From NCBI GenBank assembly GCA_951406725.2, contig OX597818.1:141918001-141982000 (forward strand): 64,000 nucleotides of DNA. The letters run 5' to 3'. A program made the position numbers and the translations under genes. The stretch's first letter is position 1, and every line of letters begins with the position of its first letter. The DNA comes from Octopus vulgaris (lineage: Eukaryota). The notes beneath the pieces are model-generated. The model was given only the letters and a program-made list of their open reading frames with translations. It was not told the origin of the DNA and searched no databases. Below, one piece after another: positions 59,901 through 64,000 of this stretch.

Positions 59901-62900
59901 TTTGAAGGTGAAGTGGAGCAAGGGGATGAAGGAATATTGAACATTCCAGAGAGGGGGATTTGAAGGTGAATGGGAGGAAGGGGCGGACGGAATATTGAAC
60001 TTTCCAGAGAGGGGGATTTGAAGGTGAAGGGGAGGAAGGGGCGGAAGGAATATTGAACATTCCAGAGAGGGGGATTTGAAGGTGAAGTGGAGCAAGGGGA
60101 TGAAGGAATATTGAACATTCCAGAGAGGGGGATTTGAAGGTGAATGGGAGGAAGGGGCGGACGGAATATTGAACATTCCAGAGAGGGGGATTTGAAGGTG
60201 AATGGGAGGAAGGGGATGAATGAATATTGAACATTCCAGAGAGGGGGATTTGAAGGTGAAGGGCAGGAAGGGGATGAAGGAATATTGAACATTCCAGAGA
60301 GGGGGTATTTGAAAGGTGAAGGGGAGGAAGGGGATGAAGGAATATTGAACATTCCAGAGAGGGGGATTTGAAGGTGAAAGGGAGGAAGGGGATGAAGGAA
60401 TATTAAACATTCCAGAGAGGGGATTTGAAGGTGAAGGGGAGGAAGGGGATGACGGAATATTGAACATTCCAGGGAGGGGGATTTGAAGGTGAAGGGGAGG
60501 AAGGGGTGGAAGGAGTATTGAACATTCCAGAGAGGGGGATTTGAAGGTGAAGGGGAGGAAGGGGATGAATGAATATTGAACATTCCAGAGAGGGGGATTT
60601 GAAGGTGAAGGGGAGGAAGGGGATGAAGGAATATTGAACATTCCAGAGAGGGGATTTGAAGGTGAAGGGGAGGAAGGGGCGGAAGGAATATTGAACATTC
60701 CAGAGAGGGGGATTTGAAGGTGAAGTGGAGCAAGGGGATGAAGGAATATTGAACATTCCAGAGAGGGGGATTTGAAGGTGAAGGGGAGGAAGGGGATGAA
60801 GGAATATTGAACATTCCAGAGAGGGGGATTTTAAGGTGAAGGGGAGGAATGGGAGGAAGGAATATTGAACATTCCAGAGAGGGGGATTTGAAGGTGAATG
60901 TGAGGAAGTGGCGGAAGGAATATTGAACATTCCAGAGAGGGGGATTTGAAGGTGAAGGGGAGGAAGGGGATGAAGGAATATTGAACATTCCAGAGAGGGG
61001 GATTTGAAGGTGAAGGGGAGGAAGGGGATGAATGAATATTGAACATTCAAGAGAGGGGGATTTGAAGGTGAAGGGGAGGAAGGGGATGAAGGAATATTGA
61101 ACATTCCAGAGAGGGGGATTTGAAGGTGAATGTGAGGAAGGGGCGGAAGGAATATTGAACATTCAAGAGAGGGGGATTTGAAGGTGAAGGGGAGGATGGG
61201 GATGAAGGAATATTGAACATTACTGAGAGGGGGATTTGAAGGTGAATGGGAGGAAGGGGCGGAAGGAATATTGAACATTCCAGAGAGGGGGATTTGAAGG
61301 TGAATGGGAGGAAGCGGATGAAGGAATATTGAACATTCCTGAGAGGGGCATTTCAAGGTGAAGAGGAGGAAGGGGATGAAGGAATATTGAACATTCCATA
61401 GAGGGGGATTTGAAGGTGAAGGGGAGGAAGGGGATGAAGGAATATAGAACATTCCAGAGAGGGGGATTTGAAGGTGAAGGGGAAGAAGGGGATGACGGAA
61501 TATTAAACATTCCAGAGAGGGGGGGTTTATGGTGAAGGGGAGGAAGGGGCGGAAGGAATATTGAACATTCCAGTGAGGGGGATTTGAAGGTGAAGGGGAG
61601 GAAGGGGCGGGAGGAATATTGAACATTCCAGAGAGGGGGATTTGAAGGTGAAGGGGAGGAAGGGGATGACGGAATATTGAACATTCCAGAGAGGGGGGTT
61701 TTAAGGTGAAGGGGAGGAAGGGGCGGAAGGAATATTGAACATTCCAGAGAGGGGGATTTGAAAGTGAAGGGGAGGAAGGGGCGGAAGGAATATTGAACAT
61801 TCCAGAGAGGGGGATTTGAAGGTGAAGTGGAGGAAGGGATGGAAGGAATATTGAACATTCCAGAGAGGGAGATTTGAAGGTGAAGGGGAGGATGGGGATG
61901 ACGGAATATTGAACATTCCAGGGATGGGGATTTTAAGGTGAAGGGGAGGAAGGGGTGGAAGGAGTATTGAACATTCCAGAGAGGGTTATTTGAAGGTGAA
62001 GGGTTGGAAATTGTGGAAGGAATATTGAACATTCCTGAGAGGGGGATTAGAAGGTGAATGTGAGGAAGCGGCGGAAGGAATATTGAACATTCCAGAGAGG
62101 GGGATTTGAAGGTGAAGGGGAGGAAGGGGATGAAGGAATATTGAACATTCCTGAGAGGGGGATTTGAAGGTGAATGGGAGGAAGGGGCGGAAGGAATATT
62201 GAACATTCCAGAGAGGGGGATTTGAAGGTGAAGGGGAGGAAGCGGATGAAGGAATATTGAACATTCCTGAGAGGGGGATTTCAAGGTGAAGAGGAGGAAG
62301 GGGATGAAGGAATATTGAACATTCCAGAGAGGGGGATTTGAAGGTGAAGGGGAGGAAGGGGATGAAGGAATATAGAACATTCCAGAGAGGGGGATTTGAA
62401 GGTGAAGGGGAAGAAGGGGATGACGGAATATTAAACATTCCAGAGAGGGGGGTTTATGGTGAAGGGGAGGAAGGGGCGGAAGGAATATTGAACATTCCAG
62501 TGAGGGGGATTTGAAGGTGAAGGGGAGGAAGGGGCGGGAGGAATATTGAACATTCCAGAGAGGGGGATTTGAAGGTGAAGGGGAGGAAGGGGATGACGGA
62601 ATATTGAACATTCCAGAGAGGGGGGTTTTAAGGTGAAGGGGAGGAAGGGGCGGAAGGAATATTGAACATTCCAGAGAGGGGGATTTGAAGGTGAAGGGGA
62701 GGAAGGGGCGGAAGGAATATTGAACATTCCAGAGAGGGGGATTTGAAGGTGAAGGGGAGGAAGGGAATGAAGGAATATTGAACATTCCAGAGGGGGAGAT
62801 TTGAAGGTGAAGGGGAGGATGGGGATGACGGAATATTGAACATTCCAGGGAGGGGGATTTTAAGGTGAAGGGGAGGAAGGGGCGGAAGGAGTATTGAACA

Positions 62901-64000
62901 TTCCAGAGAGGGGGATTTGAAGGTGAAGGGTTGGAAATTGAGGAAGGAATATTGAACATTCCTGAGAGGGGGATTTGAAGGTGAATGTGAGGAAGGGGCG
63001 GAAGGAATATTGAACATTCCAGAGAGGGGGATTTGAAGGTGAAGGGGAGGAAGGGGATGAAGGAATATTGAACATTCCTGAGAGGGGGATTTGAAGGTGA
63101 ATGGGAGGAAGGGGCGGAAGGAATATTGAACATTCCAGAGAGGGGGATTTGAAGGAGAAGGGGAGGAAGGGGATGAAGGAATATTGAACATTCCAGAGAG
63201 GGGGATTTGAAGGTGAAGGGGAGGAAGGGGATGAAGGAATATTGAAAATTCCTGAGAGGGGGATTTGAAGGCGAAGGGGAGGAAGGGGATGACGGAATAT
63301 TGAACATTCCAGAGAGGGGGATTTGAAAGTTAAGGGTAGGAAGGGGATGAAGGAATATTAAACATTCCAGAGAGGGGGATTTGAAGGTGAAGGGGAGGAA
63401 GGGGATGACGGAATATTGAACATTCCAGAGAGGGGGATTTTAAGGTGAAGGGGAGGAAGGGGCGGAAGGAGTATTGAACATTCCAGAGAGGGGGATTTGA
63501 AGGTGAAGTGGAGGAAGGGGATGAATGAATATTGAACATTCCAGAGAGGGGGATTTGAAGGAGAAGTGGAGGAAGGGGATGAAGGAATATTGGTCATTCC
63601 AGAGAGGGGGATTTGAAGGTGAAGGAGAGGAAGGGGATGAAGGAATATTGAACATTCCAGAGAGGGGGATTTGAAGGTGAAGGGGAGGAAGGGGATGACG
63701 GAATATTGAACATTCCAGAGAGGGGGATTTGAAGGTGAAGGGGAGGAAGGGGATGAAGGAATATTAAACATTCCAGAGAGGGGGATTTGAAGGTGAAGGG
63801 GAGAAAGGGGATGAAGGAATATTGAACATTCCAGAGAGGGGGGATTTGAAGGTGAAGGGGAGGAAGGGGATGAAGGAATATTAAACATTCCAGAGAGGGG
63901 GATTTGAAGGTGAAGGGGAGGAAGGGGATGAAGGAATATTGAACATTCCAGAGAGGGGGGTTTTAAGGTGAAGGGGAGGAAGGGGCGGAAGGAATATTGA
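47995..64000. repeat. 58-bp satellite array, about 275 monomers, continuing past the window end
   Basis: Consensus GGAATATTGAACATTCCAGAGAGGGGGATTTGAAGGTGAAGGGGAGGAAGGGGATGAA. Confidence 0.98.

Noticed and set aside
47978-63888. Long Pro/Ser-rich minus-strand ORFs (up to 823 aa)
   Set aside because: They are translations of the pyrimidine-rich satellite strand. The 58-bp unit cycles through all three frames and the consensus has no stop.
47995-64000. CRISPR-like appearance (palindromic repeat at regular spacing)
   Set aside because: The intervening sequences are near-identical rather than unique spacers, there are no cas genes, and the context is eukaryotic.

Overview
Eukaryotic, AT-rich, microsatellite-dense animal DNA. 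The SINE, LINE and microsatellite repertoire suggests an octopus or other coleoid cephalopod (inference). (1) 2.3-26.6 kb: a spliced + strand gene. Eight phase-compatible GT-AG exons read as LRRCT - Ly6/uPAR (three-finger) - SEA-like - HRM, an adhesion-GPCR-type ectodomain. A diverged duplicate of three exons and a candidate terminal exon follow; no GAIN or 7TM exons were seen. An intron of the duplicate holds a tRNA-derived SINE split by a ~1.95 kb ORF1-only retroelement with a target-site duplication. (2) 26-48 kb: degenerate transposons, namely Helitron, MULE and Penelope fragments, two near-full-length R4/Dong-like RLE LINEs in (TAA)n, a CR1-like fragment, and three head-to-tail 5'-truncated Tx1 copies in (GATA)n. 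(3) 48-64 kb: a 58-bp purine-rich satellite with an internal imperfect palindrome and higher-order repeats of ~928 bp and ~3.82 kb. All calls come from manual reading; no database searches were run.
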